From Vicinamibacteria bacterium (GTDB lineage Bacteria; Acidobacteriota; Vicinamibacteria; Marinacidobacterales; Marinacidobacteraceae), in contig OZ219816.1 in assembly GCA_964291235.2 (NCBI GenBank), forward strand, positions 1,984,001 to 2,048,000: a stretch of 64,000 nt of DNA. Direction: 5' to 3'. The notes beneath the pieces were generated by a model. It was not told where the DNA came from, searched no databases, and saw only the letters and a list, made by a program, of their open reading frames with translations. The position numbers and the translations under genes are program-made. Every line of letters begins with the position of its first letter. The stretch's first letter is position 1. This document shows, piece by piece, positions 18,679-28,233 of the stretch.

Positions 18679-20487
18679 TCAGCAGCCGACGCAGGCGTTG
18701 TTGTTCTGGGCGCCGTAGCTGGCGAGGAGCGCGATCGTCTCCGGGAATGGATTGATGCGCTGAACGGGGCCGTTGGCGAGGTCGATGGTCGTCTGCCCCG
18801 TGCGGGCCACCGCGAGCGGATCCGCACCGTGGTCGATCAGGTACTGCACCATCTCGGTGTGGCCGCGGGAGGCCGCGTGGTGGATGGTGGTGTAGCCGTT
18901 GTGGTCGCGCACGGCTGCATCGGCGCCCACTTCCTCCACGAGGTACTGGACCGCCGGGAGCCAGGCCTCCGGCGCGTGCCGGTGGGAGTTCGCCGCGAGT
19001 CCGAGGCCATAGCCCACCCCGGCCGCGGCATGGATCGGATACACCGCCGGATCGCCGTACTCGGCCGGCGGCAGGCCGGACGGATCCGGATCTCCCTCCT
19101 CGATGAGCATCGGCAGACGCCGCCGCTCCGCCACCTTGACGGTCGGGATGTGGGGGTCGGCGCCGTTCGCCACCAGCAACTTCATCGCCGGGATGTCCAG
19201 CGCGTAGGCAGCGCGCCAGAAGGCGGTCGCTCCGCTGCGGTCCACCCCGAGCTGGTCCACGTTGTAAACGGTGTACCAGAGCGAGCTGTCGATGCGGGCA
19301 TTCACGTCGGCCCCCGCGTCGATCAGCGCCTGAATGAGCTCAAGGTGGGACGTCTCCTGCTGGAGATAGTCGGCGGGCTGCGGGTGACGGGCCTTCGGAA
19401 TCCACTGGGTGTTGACCGCCCCGTAGAGCGGGGTGGCGTTTTGCGAATCCGCGAGGGTCGGGTCGCCGCCGCGCTCGAGCAGTTTCATGGCCAGGTCGAA
19501 ATGGCCGTTCACGGTCGCCATCAGCAACGGGGTGGTGCGGCTCCCCTCGGCGCGCTGGTTCACGTCGGCGCCCGCGTCGATCAGCGCCGTCGCGGTCTCG
19601 ATCCGGCCCTCGCGAGCCGCAAAGAGCAGCGCGGTCAATCCACCGTGGGTGCCGACGCGGTCCTCATAGGTGAGCGGCCGCGGCTCGTCGGGATCCCGCC
19701 GGTCGTACTCGTCCGGGTTCAGGGGATCCGGCGGAAGGCCCGCGGCCCCCGTACCTCCCGTTCCGGAAGGCCGGCGGTCCGTCCCGTTGGCGGGGAGCGG
19801 GCGCTCGGCCTGCAGGATGCCGCTTCCGCCGCGCTGCTCGGCAAGGCGCGCCTGCCGTTCGCGACGTTCTTCCATGTCCAGCCGCGCGCGCTCGACCACG
19901 TCCAGCACTCCGGCGGTCACCGAGGCGTCGGCACCGGCGTCCATCAGGGTCTTGACCGCCGCGACCCGGCCCCGGACCGCCGCGAACATCAGCGGAGTGA
20001 GCCCCCATTCCTCCTCCCGCGCGTCCACGGAAGCCCCGTGGGCGAGCAGGGAAGACACCACCTCCGGCACCCCTGCGGTCGCCGCCAGGTGGAGCGGTTG
20101 GGCTCCGGTCGAAGTGAAGGGGTCCGCCGGAGCCCCCGCCAACAGCAGGGCCTCGGCAACGCCCGCCTTCCCGGCCGCCGCAGCCACATGGAGCGGCATA
20201 TGGCTTCCCAGCCGCGTCGTCGCCTCAAGATCCGCACCGGCCGCGATCAACACCTCGGCAACCTCGCGGTTCCCCGTCTTCGCCGCCCAGTGGAGCGCCG
20301 TAAAGCCGTCGCCCTGCGCCGCGTTCACGTCCGCTCCCGAACGGAGCTCCACCTTCAGGGTCTCGACGTCACCGCGCTTCGCCGCATCCAGAACGGGGGA
20401 CATCAGCGCCGCGTACCCCACTCCGACCAGCACGCCCACCACCGTGAGCAGCGCCGCCAGGCCAATCCATCGCTTTCCGATCTTCAT
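18679..20487 (-). CDS. Secreted ankyrin-repeat protein (cassette copy 2)
   Basis: Multiple GxTALHWAA/TPLMFAA repeats; RBS AAGAGAGG upstream of ATG 20487; C-terminal NNNACVGC. Confidence 0.9.
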   Translation of the reverse strand: MKIGKRWIGLAALLTVVGVLVGVGYAALMSPVLDAAKRGDVETLKVELRSGADVNAAQGDGFTALHWAAKTGNREVAEVLIAAGADLEATTRLGSHMPLHVAAAAGKAGVAEALLLAGAPADPFTSTGAQPLHLAATAGVPEVVSSLLAHGASVDAREEEWGLTPLMFAAVRGRVAAVKTLMDAGADASVTAGVLDVVERARLDMEERRERQARLAEQRGGSGILQAERPLPANGTDRRPSGTGGTGAAGLPPDPLNPDEYDRRDPDEPRPLTYEDRVGTHGGLTALLFAAREGRIETATALIDAGADVNQRAEGSRTTPLLMATVNGHFDLAMKLLERGGDPTLADSQNATPLYGAVNTQWIPKARHPQPADYLQQETSHLELIQALIDAGADVNARIDSSLWYTVYNVDQLGVDRSGATAFWRAAYALDIPAMKLLVANGADPHIPTVKVAERRRLPMLIEEGDPDPSGLPPAEYGDPAVYPIHAAAGVGYGLGLAANSHRHAPEAWLPAVQYLVEEVGADAAVRDHNGYTTIHHAASRGHTEMVQYLIDHGADPLAVARTGQTTIDLANGPVQRINPFPETIALLASYGAQNNNACVGC

Positions 20488-20563
20488 GCCCTTACCTCTC
20501 TTGCTGGTCAGTCTGTTCCGGTGGGTTCGTTTCCTGTGGGTTTGGGCTGTGGATCTCTCCCGG

Positions 20564-21952
20564 CTACACCGCCTGCGACAGGGAGAACGCTCCGGTGCTG
20601 TTCCCGAAGGTCTCCACATCATCCAGCCCCAGCTTGTGCAGCAACGTCAGCATCACGTTCGCCAGCGGGGTTCCCGGCTTGGCCCGCAGGTGCAGATTGT
20701 GCTCGAGCGCGCCGTTGGCGCCGCCCGCCACGAAGAACGGAACCCGCTTGTGGTTGTGGATGTTCGGGTCGCCCATCGGAGACCCGTAGAGGATCATCGT
20801 CTTGTCCAGCATCGTCCGATCGTCTTCCTCAATGCTCCGCAGCTTCTCCATGAAGTAGGGAACCAGGCTCACGTGATACCGGTTGATGCGGCCGAGGACC
20901 TCGACGCGCTCGGGATCGTTCCCGTGGTGCGAAGCCGGGTGGAACGCGGTGGCTTCGCCGCTCTCGGGGTACACGCGGCTCGACGCGTCCCGTCCCAGCT
21001 TGAGGCTGAACACCCGGGTCATATCCGACTGGAAGGCGAGCGCCTGCAGGTCGAACATGATCTTCACGTGCTCGTCGAACGAATCCGGCACCCCTGACGG
21101 GGCGTCGGGAAGCTCGCGAAGCTCGCCGCTCGTGTTCCGCTCGACAATCCGCTGGATCCGCCGCTCCATCTCCCGGATGTCGGTCATGTAGCGGTCCATC
21201 CGGCGCAGATCCTGGGGGTCCAGCGCGGTCTTCAACCGGCTCACCTCGGAGCCGATGAAATCGAGCACGCTCTGGCGCGCCTGCTGCCGGGCCACACGAC
21301 CTTCGGGGGTGCCCCCCGCCCCGAACAACTGGTCGAAGACGATCCGCGGATCCCGGGTCATCGGGAGCGGCTCCGTCGGCGACGCCCAACTGATGGTGTC
21401 CGTGTACACGCAGGCATACCCGTAGGCGCAGCCGCCCGCCTGGTCCACCGTCTCGATGCAGAGCTGCATCGAGGGAATCGGCGTGTCCTGGCCGAAACGC
21501 TGCGCGTACATCTGGTCCAGCGAGGTTCCCGCGAACACATCCGAACTCTCGGTCTGCTTGGGATACGACTGGGTCAGGAACGCCGCGCTGGAACGGAAGT
21601 GGTCGCCGCCGATCTCGCGCGCGGTGCGCGCCTCCGCGGGCTCCACGTCGCAATCGCTCACGATCGTGACGTAATCCCGAACCGGTTCCAGGGAACTGAG
21701 GGCGCCCTTCGAAAGATCGAAGTCCGCGCCTTCCTGCTCCGGCGTCCACAGATGCTGCGAGCGTCCGTACTTGTTGCTGCCGGCTGCGCCGTGCACGATC
21801 TCGATCGCCACGAGCCGCGTCGGGTCGTCGGCGGTCGGTTTCGCCATCACGCTCGCCGGAACCATCGCGTCCAAGAACGGGAGCGCCACCGTTGCTCCCG
21901 CTCCGCGAAGGAACGTACGCCGGGGAAGGCTCTTGCCGGTCAGGTAGTTCAT
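20564..21952 (-). CDS. DUF1552 domain protein (Tat-exported; cassette copy 2)
   Basis: PRRTFLRGAGATVALPFLDAM, LAFQSDMTRV, FHPASHH and GSPMGDPNIHNH motifs. Confidence 0.9.
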   Translation of the reverse strand: MNYLTGKSLPRRTFLRGAGATVALPFLDAMVPASVMAKPTADDPTRLVAIEIVHGAAGSNKYGRSQHLWTPEQEGADFDLSKGALSSLEPVRDYVTIVSDCDVEPAEARTAREIGGDHFRSSAAFLTQSYPKQTESSDVFAGTSLDQMYAQRFGQDTPIPSMQLCIETVDQAGGCAYGYACVYTDTISWASPTEPLPMTRDPRIVFDQLFGAGGTPEGRVARQQARQSVLDFIGSEVSRLKTALDPQDLRRMDRYMTDIREMERRIQRIVERNTSGELRELPDAPSGVPDSFDEHVKIMFDLQALAFQSDMTRVFSLKLGRDASSRVYPESGEATAFHPASHHGNDPERVEVLGRINRYHVSLVPYFMEKLRSIEEDDRTMLDKTMILYGSPMGDPNIHNHKRVPFFVAGGANGALEHNLHLRAKPGTPLANVMLTLLHKLGLDDVETFGNSTGAFSLSQAV

Positions 21953-22216
21953 GGTGTTCTCCTGTCAGGGCGTCCCGGCCGTCGTGTCCGCGGACGGCGG
22001 GACTGGAGTCTGCGCGCGGGGATGGGCTCCCCACAAAGTACGGGATCGTTGAGCTCCCATAGCCGGACTAGGATAGGAAATCAACCGGCCCGGCGCAAGC
22101 GGCAATCGATTGGTCGGAAGCGCTCGGAGAAAGACCGCGGGACACCGCCCGGGCCCACGGGAACCGGGCGGGCTCGACGCGTGGCGCGGCGCCGCGTCCC
22201 CTGGAAGGGCAGAAGC

Positions 22217-24736
22217 TCAGGGCTCGTCCGCGACGGTGGTTTCGATCTCTTCGAGCACCTCGCCCTTCATCTGGAAGGCAGGGCTCTCGACGACCCCCAG
22301 GATGAACGCGGACATCCGGTAATCGGAGTCTTCCGCCTCCCGAACGATCTCCCGAATCCGCGGCTGGTCGAAGTACTCCACCCGCCGGCCGAGCGCATAC
22401 GCCATCAGGTTCTCGGTGAACGTTCGCAGCAGCGGGGTCGGACGCTTCAGGAGCGCCTCCCGCAGATCGCCGATGTCCTGGATCGGAGTTCCGTCATAGA
22501 ACTCACCCGACGCATCGATCGGCTGGCCGGCGTCCTTCACCCGCACGCGCCCCGTCACGTCGAACTGCTCGAGCGCCAGCCCGATCGGATCCATCATCCG
22601 GTGGCACGAGCGGCACGCCGGGTTGTCGCGGTGGATCTCCAGCCGCTCCCGGGCGGTCAGTTCGCGACCGCCGTCCGCGGCCGCCGTCGCGTCCAGGTCC
22701 GGAACGTCCGGCGGCGGAGGCGGCGGCGGACTCCCGAGCAGGACCTCCATCACCCACTTCCCACGAAGCACCGCGGACGTCCGGTAGGGATGCGACGTCA
22801 GCGTCAGCATGCTCCCGTGGGCGAAGATCCCGCGCCGGTTCGGATCCTGATACTCCACCATCCGGTGCTCCGGACCGGTGACCCCCACCATCCCGTAGTG
22901 TTTGGCGAGACGCTCGTTCACGAACGTGTAGTCCGCAGTGAACAGGTCAAAGACGCTCTTGTCCTCAGACACCAGGTGGTGGAAGAAGCGCTCGGTCTCC
23001 TCGACCATCGCGGTCTTCAACTGCTGGTGGAAGTCCGGGTAGAGCCGCACGTTCGGGTTGATCTTCTTGAGATCCTGCAGCCGGAACCACTGATAGGCGA
23101 AGCGCTTCGCGAGCGCCTCCGAGCGGGGGTCCGCCAGCATCCGGCGAACCTGGGTCTCGAACCCGGCGGGTTCCGACAACTGGCCCGACTCGGCCGCATC
23201 CAGGAGTGCATCGTCGGGGATCGTTCCCCAGAGGAAGAACGAAAGCCGTGACGCCAGGTCGAAGTCCGTCAGCCGATAGCCGAACTCGGCCTCCCGCGGG
23301 TCCAGCGGTTCCTCGATCCGGAACACGAAGTTGGGGCTCGCGAGGATTCCCTCGACCCCCATGCGGATCCCTTCCTCGAAGCCAACCGTCTCGGCCCCCG
23401 CGTCGTAGAGCGACATCAGCGCCGCCAGACCTTCTTCATCCATCGTCCGGCGATAGGCCAGCCGGCCCAGCCGCGACAGGATCTGCTCGGCGCAGGGGCG
23501 CGCCTCGTCCGGTGACAGCGGACGACAGTTGAAGATCGCCTGCCGGCTCGGCGTTTCCGAAACCCCGGTCGTGTCGAACGGACCGCGAATCAGGACGTCC
23601 CGGAGGTGCGGAAGGCTGTGGATGCCATAGGTGAGCGCGATGTTGGTGCTCGCGAGCGACCACTCGTGCGGCGAGATGAGATCCAGCGTCGTGCCGTCGA
23701 ACTGGCGCAAGAAGGCCGCCGCCACCGTCCGGGGACCGGCCTTGACGAAGATCGGCTCGGTGATCATCGTCGCGCCATCAGGATCGGAGGTGTGCATCCA
23801 CGGATCGATCGAGAGGAGCGCGACCCGCTCCCCGTCAATGGAGATCTCGAGCTGCTCGGGATTCTCCTCCGAATTCAGCGCCCCTACCGCGGTGCCGACC
23901 ACGGGGCCGCACACTTCATGATGGAGGGAAACCCGGAACACGTAGTTCCCGTCCGCGGCGAAGGTGTGATCCGCCGCGATCCCGCCCCGCGTGCCGTAGG
24001 GCGCGCCTTCGACCTGGCGCCGCTGGGAGGCCCAGCGGGAGACGAAATAGCTGGTTTCGGCCGGTGCGGCGTCCGGATCCCCTACCGCCAGCCGGCTGAT
24101 TTCGCTGGCCGCGCGCAGATAGGAGTCCATGAGCGTCGCCGACAGCAACTGGACGTCCGCGATGTTGTCGAAGTTCGCGCTGATGGTGTCTTGCGGCAGG
24201 TACTCGGCCGCGTCCAGATCGAGCGCCAGCAGATCCCGGATGGCCGCCGTGTACTCGGCTCGGTTCAGCCGCTGGAAGGAACGGCGGCCCGGGTTCGGCG
24301 CTTCCTCCGCGCTGGTGTCGAGCTGGTCCTCGAGCGATTCGGCGACTTCTGCCAGTGTTTCCTCGGCGGGCCGCCGGGCGCCGGGTGGAGGCATCATCCC
24401 AAGCCGCAGCTTCGAGACCATTTTCTCGGCCAGCGCCGCGCTCTCGGGTGCGTTGCCGGCGTCGAAGCCGGAGAGCGTCATGTTCCCGGTCTGCATCCGG
24501 TCGTTGTGGCAGACCATGCAGTAGGTCCGCAGCATCCGGTTGTGGGCCGCCGCGTTCTCCGGGGAAACGGCTGGAGCGGTTTCCCCCGAAGAAGCGGGTT
24601 CCCAGGATCTGGCAGCCTCGAGCGTCGGCGCCTCGAGCGACGAAGCGGCCGGCGCCGCCAGCAGACCGGCGAAGAGGAACGGAATCAGGGAAAGCCGGCT
24701 GGCTTTTCCTGCCGCATCAATCCGGGAACTCCCCAT
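22217..24736 (-). CDS. DUF1592/1588/1585/1587/1595 planctomycete-type cytochrome c protein (cassette copy 2)
   Basis: CMVCH and CRSCH heme motifs; RLNRAEY, LASRLSFFLW and RTSAVLRGKWV. Confidence 0.9.
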   Translation of the reverse strand: MGSSRIDAAGKASRLSLIPFLFAGLLAAPAASSLEAPTLEAARSWEPASSGETAPAVSPENAAAHNRMLRTYCMVCHNDRMQTGNMTLSGFDAGNAPESAALAEKMVSKLRLGMMPPPGARRPAEETLAEVAESLEDQLDTSAEEAPNPGRRSFQRLNRAEYTAAIRDLLALDLDAAEYLPQDTISANFDNIADVQLLSATLMDSYLRAASEISRLAVGDPDAAPAETSYFVSRWASQRRQVEGAPYGTRGGIAADHTFAADGNYVFRVSLHHEVCGPVVGTAVGALNSEENPEQLEISIDGERVALLSIDPWMHTSDPDGATMITEPIFVKAGPRTVAAAFLRQFDGTTLDLISPHEWSLASTNIALTYGIHSLPHLRDVLIRGPFDTTGVSETPSRQAIFNCRPLSPDEARPCAEQILSRLGRLAYRRTMDEEGLAALMSLYDAGAETVGFEEGIRMGVEGILASPNFVFRIEEPLDPREAEFGYRLTDFDLASRLSFFLWGTIPDDALLDAAESGQLSEPAGFETQVRRMLADPRSEALAKRFAYQWFRLQDLKKINPNVRLYPDFHQQLKTAMVEETERFFHHLVSEDKSVFDLFTADYTFVNERLAKHYGMVGVTGPEHRMVEYQDPNRRGIFAHGSMLTLTSHPYRTSAVLRGKWVMEVLLGSPPPPPPPDVPDLDATAAADGGRELTARERLEIHRDNPACRSCHRMMDPIGLALEQFDVTGRVRVKDAGQPIDASGEFYDGTPIQDIGDLREALLKRPTPLLRTFTENLMAYALGRRVEYFDQPRIREIVREAEDSDYRMSAFILGVVESPAFQMKGEVLEEIETTVADEP

Positions 24737-24745
24737 GGTGGCGCC

Positions 24746-26728
24746 TCAGCAACCCACGCAGCGGTTGTTGTTCTTGGCCCCGTAACCCTCGAGGAGCGCG
24801 ATGGTTTCCGGGAAGGGGTTGATCCGCTGCGCCGGGCCGTTCGCCAGATCCACGGTGGTCTGCCCGGTCCGGGCGACCGCCAGCGGATCGGCGCCCTTGG
24901 AGATGAGGTAGAGGATCATCTCGTTGTCGCCCCGGGAGGCCGCGTGGTGGATCACGTTGTAGCCGTTGTGGTCGCGGGCATCCGGATCGGCGCCCAGTTC
25001 CTCCACGAGGTACTTGACCGCCGGCAGCCACGCGTCCGGCGCGTGCCGATGCGAGTTCGCCGCCAGTCCAAGCCCGTAGCCCACCCCGGCAGCGGCGTGG
25101 ATCGGATGGACCCCCGGGCCCCCGTAGGGAACCTCGGGGAGGCCCGAAGGATCCTCCTCGGGTTCTTCCGCCGTCAGATCGGTCAGCCGGCGAAGGACCC
25201 GCTCCGGCACCTTCTGCGTCGGGATGTGCGGGTCCGCCCCGCGCGCGACCAGCATCTTCATCACTGGAATGTCGAGCGCATAGGCCGCGCGCCAGAACGC
25301 TGTCGCACCGGCCCGGTTCACGCCGAGCTGGTCCGTGTTGTAGGTGGTGTACCACTGCTTCCGTTCCAGCCGGGCATCGATTTCCGCACCGGCGTCGAGG
25401 AGAGCTTCCATGAACTCGATGTGCGAGGTCTCCTGCCGGAGGTGATCCGCGGGCTGCGGATGGAACGGCTGGGCGATCCAGCGAGAGTTGATCGCGCCGT
25501 AGAGCGGCGCCCCGCCGGAGACGTTCGTCAGGTTCGGATCCGCGCCGCGCTCCAGCAGCTCCATTCCGATGTCGTAGTGGCCGTTGATGGCCGCCATCAG
25601 GAGCGGCGTGGTGCGGTGCCCCTCGGCCCGCTGGTTGACGTCGGCCCCGCCGTCCACGAGGGCGACGGCGGTTTCCAGATGCCCGTCACGAGCGGCAAGC
25701 AGTAGCGCGGTGAGGCCCCCGTGCGTACCCACGAGTTCCGCATAACGAAGTGGCTGCAGGCGGTCGCGATTCCGCGCCCGCGCCGCTCTCCGCTTCTTCG
25801 CTTCTTCGATGGCCTTGGCCCGGGCCAGTTCATCCTCGGGGTGGCCGTGGGCCGCGGCGTGCTCGTCCTCCTCCGCGGCGACTTCTTCCGCCGTCGGCTT
25901 CTTCAGGTCGGCGAGGTCGGCGGAACCGCCGGTGGACGCAGTCAACGGCGCTTCCTCAGTGCGGCCCTTCTCCTTCGCCGCCTTGGCAGCTGCCGCGCGC
26001 GCCCGGCGCTGAGCCGCCTTCGCCCGCTTGTCCCGTTCCCGCTCGTCGTAGATCACGTCCGCGCCGCCGCCCCGCTCACGGGCGATCCGCTGCTGCCGGG
26101 CGCGGCGGGCAATCAGATCCTGTTCGGCGCGGGCGGCGACATCGAGCACCGCGGCGGTGACCGCGGGATTCGCTCCGACTTCGAGGAGCGTCTCGACCGC
26201 GGCGGTGCGGCCAATGCCGGCCGCGAACATGAGCGGCGTCTGGCCCCACTGGGGCTCCACGGCGTCCACGTCCGCCCCGTGGCCAGCAAGCACGGTAACC
26301 GTCGCCGGGTCACCGGACGCCGCGGCGAAATGGATCGCGCGAGCACCGGTTTCGGTCGCTACCGCCACTGGGGCTCCGGCCGTCAGGAGGATTTCGGCGA
26401 CCTCCGCCTGTCCTGCCGCCGCCGCCACGTGAAGCGGCATGTGGCTTCCCAGGCGCGTCGTGGCGCGAATGTCCGCACCAGCGAAAATCAGGAGTTCGGC
26501 AACCTCGCGGTTTCCGTTCTTGGCCGCCCAGTGGAGGGCGGTGAACCCGTCACCCTGGGCCGCGTTCACGTCGGCGCCCGAGCGCAGCTCCGCTTTCAGA
26601 GCTTCCACGTCACCGCGCTTCGCGGCATCCAGCACCGGCGCCAGCCGGGCCGCATACCCGGCGCTCACCAGGATGCCGAGTGCGCAGCAAAGCGCAACCA
26701 AGCCAACCCATCGCTTTCCGATTTTCAT
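24746..26728 (-). CDS. Secreted ankyrin-repeat protein (cassette copy 1)
   Basis: Paralogue of 18679-20487 with a longer charged insert; C-terminal NNNRCVGC. Confidence 0.9.
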   Translation of the reverse strand: MKIGKRWVGLVALCCALGILVSAGYAARLAPVLDAAKRGDVEALKAELRSGADVNAAQGDGFTALHWAAKNGNREVAELLIFAGADIRATTRLGSHMPLHVAAAAGQAEVAEILLTAGAPVAVATETGARAIHFAAASGDPATVTVLAGHGADVDAVEPQWGQTPLMFAAGIGRTAAVETLLEVGANPAVTAAVLDVAARAEQDLIARRARQQRIARERGGGADVIYDERERDKRAKAAQRRARAAAAKAAKEKGRTEEAPLTASTGGSADLADLKKPTAEEVAAEEDEHAAAHGHPEDELARAKAIEEAKKRRAARARNRDRLQPLRYAELVGTHGGLTALLLAARDGHLETAVALVDGGADVNQRAEGHRTTPLLMAAINGHYDIGMELLERGADPNLTNVSGGAPLYGAINSRWIAQPFHPQPADHLRQETSHIEFMEALLDAGAEIDARLERKQWYTTYNTDQLGVNRAGATAFWRAAYALDIPVMKMLVARGADPHIPTQKVPERVLRRLTDLTAEEPEEDPSGLPEVPYGGPGVHPIHAAAGVGYGLGLAANSHRHAPDAWLPAVKYLVEELGADPDARDHNGYNVIHHAASRGDNEMILYLISKGADPLAVARTGQTTVDLANGPAQRINPFPETIALLEGYGAKNNNRCVGC

Positions 26729-26779
26729 GGCCGTCCCTCTCCGTTTGTTGAAAGTCTTCGCCTCGGGATACCCCACCAC

Positions 26780-28168
26780 CTAGACCGCCTGCGACAGCGA
26801 GAAGGCGCCCGTGCTGTTCCCGAAGGTCTCCAGGTCATCCATCCCCAGCTTGTGCAGCAATGTGAGCATCACGTTCGCGAGTGGGGTCCCGGGCTGGGCC
26901 CGCAAGTGCAGGTTGTTCTCGAGCGCGCCGTTCGCACCGCCCGCCACGAAGAACGGAACCCGCTTGTGGTTGTGGATGTTCGGGTCCCCCATCGGAGACC
27001 CGTAGAGGATCATCGTCTTGTCGAGGAGTGTCCGATCCTCTTCCTGAATGCTCCGTAGCTTCTCCATGAAGTACGGAATCAGGCTCACGTGATACCGGTT
27101 GATCCGGCTCAGGATCTCGACGCGCTCCTCATCGTTCCCATGGTGCGACGCGGGGTGGAACGCCGTGGGCTCGCCGCTGTCCGGAAACACCCGGCTCGAC
27201 GCGTCCCGGCCCAGCTTGAAGCTGAACACCCGGGTCATGTCCGACTGGAAGGCCAGCGCCTGCAGGTCGAACATGATCTTCACGTGCTCGTCGAACGAAT
27301 CCGGCACCCCTGAAGGCGCGTCCGGAAGCTCCCGCATCGCCCCGCTGGTGTTCCGTTCCACGATCCGCTCGATCCGCCGCTCCATCTCCCGGATGTCCGT
27401 CAGGTAGCGGTCCATCCGGCGCACGTCCTGCGGGTCCAGCGCGGCCTGCAGGTCGCGAACCTCTTCGCCGATGAAATCCAGGACGCTCTGCCGCGCCGTC
27501 TGCCGGGCGATCCGGCCCTCCGGGGTACCTCCCGCGCCGAACAACTGGTCGAAAACGATCCGCGGATCCCGGGTCATCGGGAGCGGCTCCGTCGGCGATG
27601 CCCAACTGATGGTGTCGGTGTACACGCACGCGTATCCGTAAGCGCAGCCACCCGCCTGATCGACGGTTTCGATGCAGAGCTGCATCGAGGGGATCGGGGT
27701 GTTCTGGCCGAAGCGCCGCGCATACATCTGATCGAGCGAGGTTCCGGCGAAGACGTCGGATCCCTCCGTCTGCCGCGGATGGGAGGCGGTCAGGAACGTC
27801 GAACTCGAACGGAAATGGTCCCCGCCGATCTCCCGTGCGGTCTCGGCCTCCGCCGGCTCGTTGTCGCAGTCGCTCACGATCGTGACGTAGTCCCGGACCG
27901 ACTCGAGGGGACTGAGCGAACCCTTCGACAGGTCGAAGTCCGCGCCTTCCTTCTCCGGCGACCACAGATGCTGATCGCGGCCGTACTTGTTGCTGCCCGC
28001 CGCGCCGTGCACGATTTCCACCGCCACGAGCCGGGTCGGATCCTCGGCCGTCGGTTTGGCGATCACGCTCGCCGGAATCATCGCGTCCAGGAACGGCAAC
28101 GCGACCGTCGCCCCCGCTCCCCGCAGGAACGTGCGGCGTGGAAGGCTCTTACCGGTCAGGTAGTTCAT
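26780..28168 (-). CDS. DUF1552 domain protein (cassette copy 1)
   Basis: Near-identical to 20564-21952; start MNYLTGKSLPRRTFL after RBS AAGGAG. Confidence 0.9.
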   Translation of the reverse strand: MNYLTGKSLPRRTFLRGAGATVALPFLDAMIPASVIAKPTAEDPTRLVAVEIVHGAAGSNKYGRDQHLWSPEKEGADFDLSKGSLSPLESVRDYVTIVSDCDNEPAEAETAREIGGDHFRSSSTFLTASHPRQTEGSDVFAGTSLDQMYARRFGQNTPIPSMQLCIETVDQAGGCAYGYACVYTDTISWASPTEPLPMTRDPRIVFDQLFGAGGTPEGRIARQTARQSVLDFIGEEVRDLQAALDPQDVRRMDRYLTDIREMERRIERIVERNTSGAMRELPDAPSGVPDSFDEHVKIMFDLQALAFQSDMTRVFSFKLGRDASSRVFPDSGEPTAFHPASHHGNDEERVEILSRINRYHVSLIPYFMEKLRSIQEEDRTLLDKTMILYGSPMGDPNIHNHKRVPFFVAGGANGALENNLHLRAQPGTPLANVMLTLLHKLGMDDLETFGNSTGAFSLSQAV

Positions 28169-28233
28169 TGCGGTCTCCTTGTGGTCAGTCTGACGTTGTC
28201 GGTTGGCTTCCCGTCGGTTTCGCTTCAGGACTC

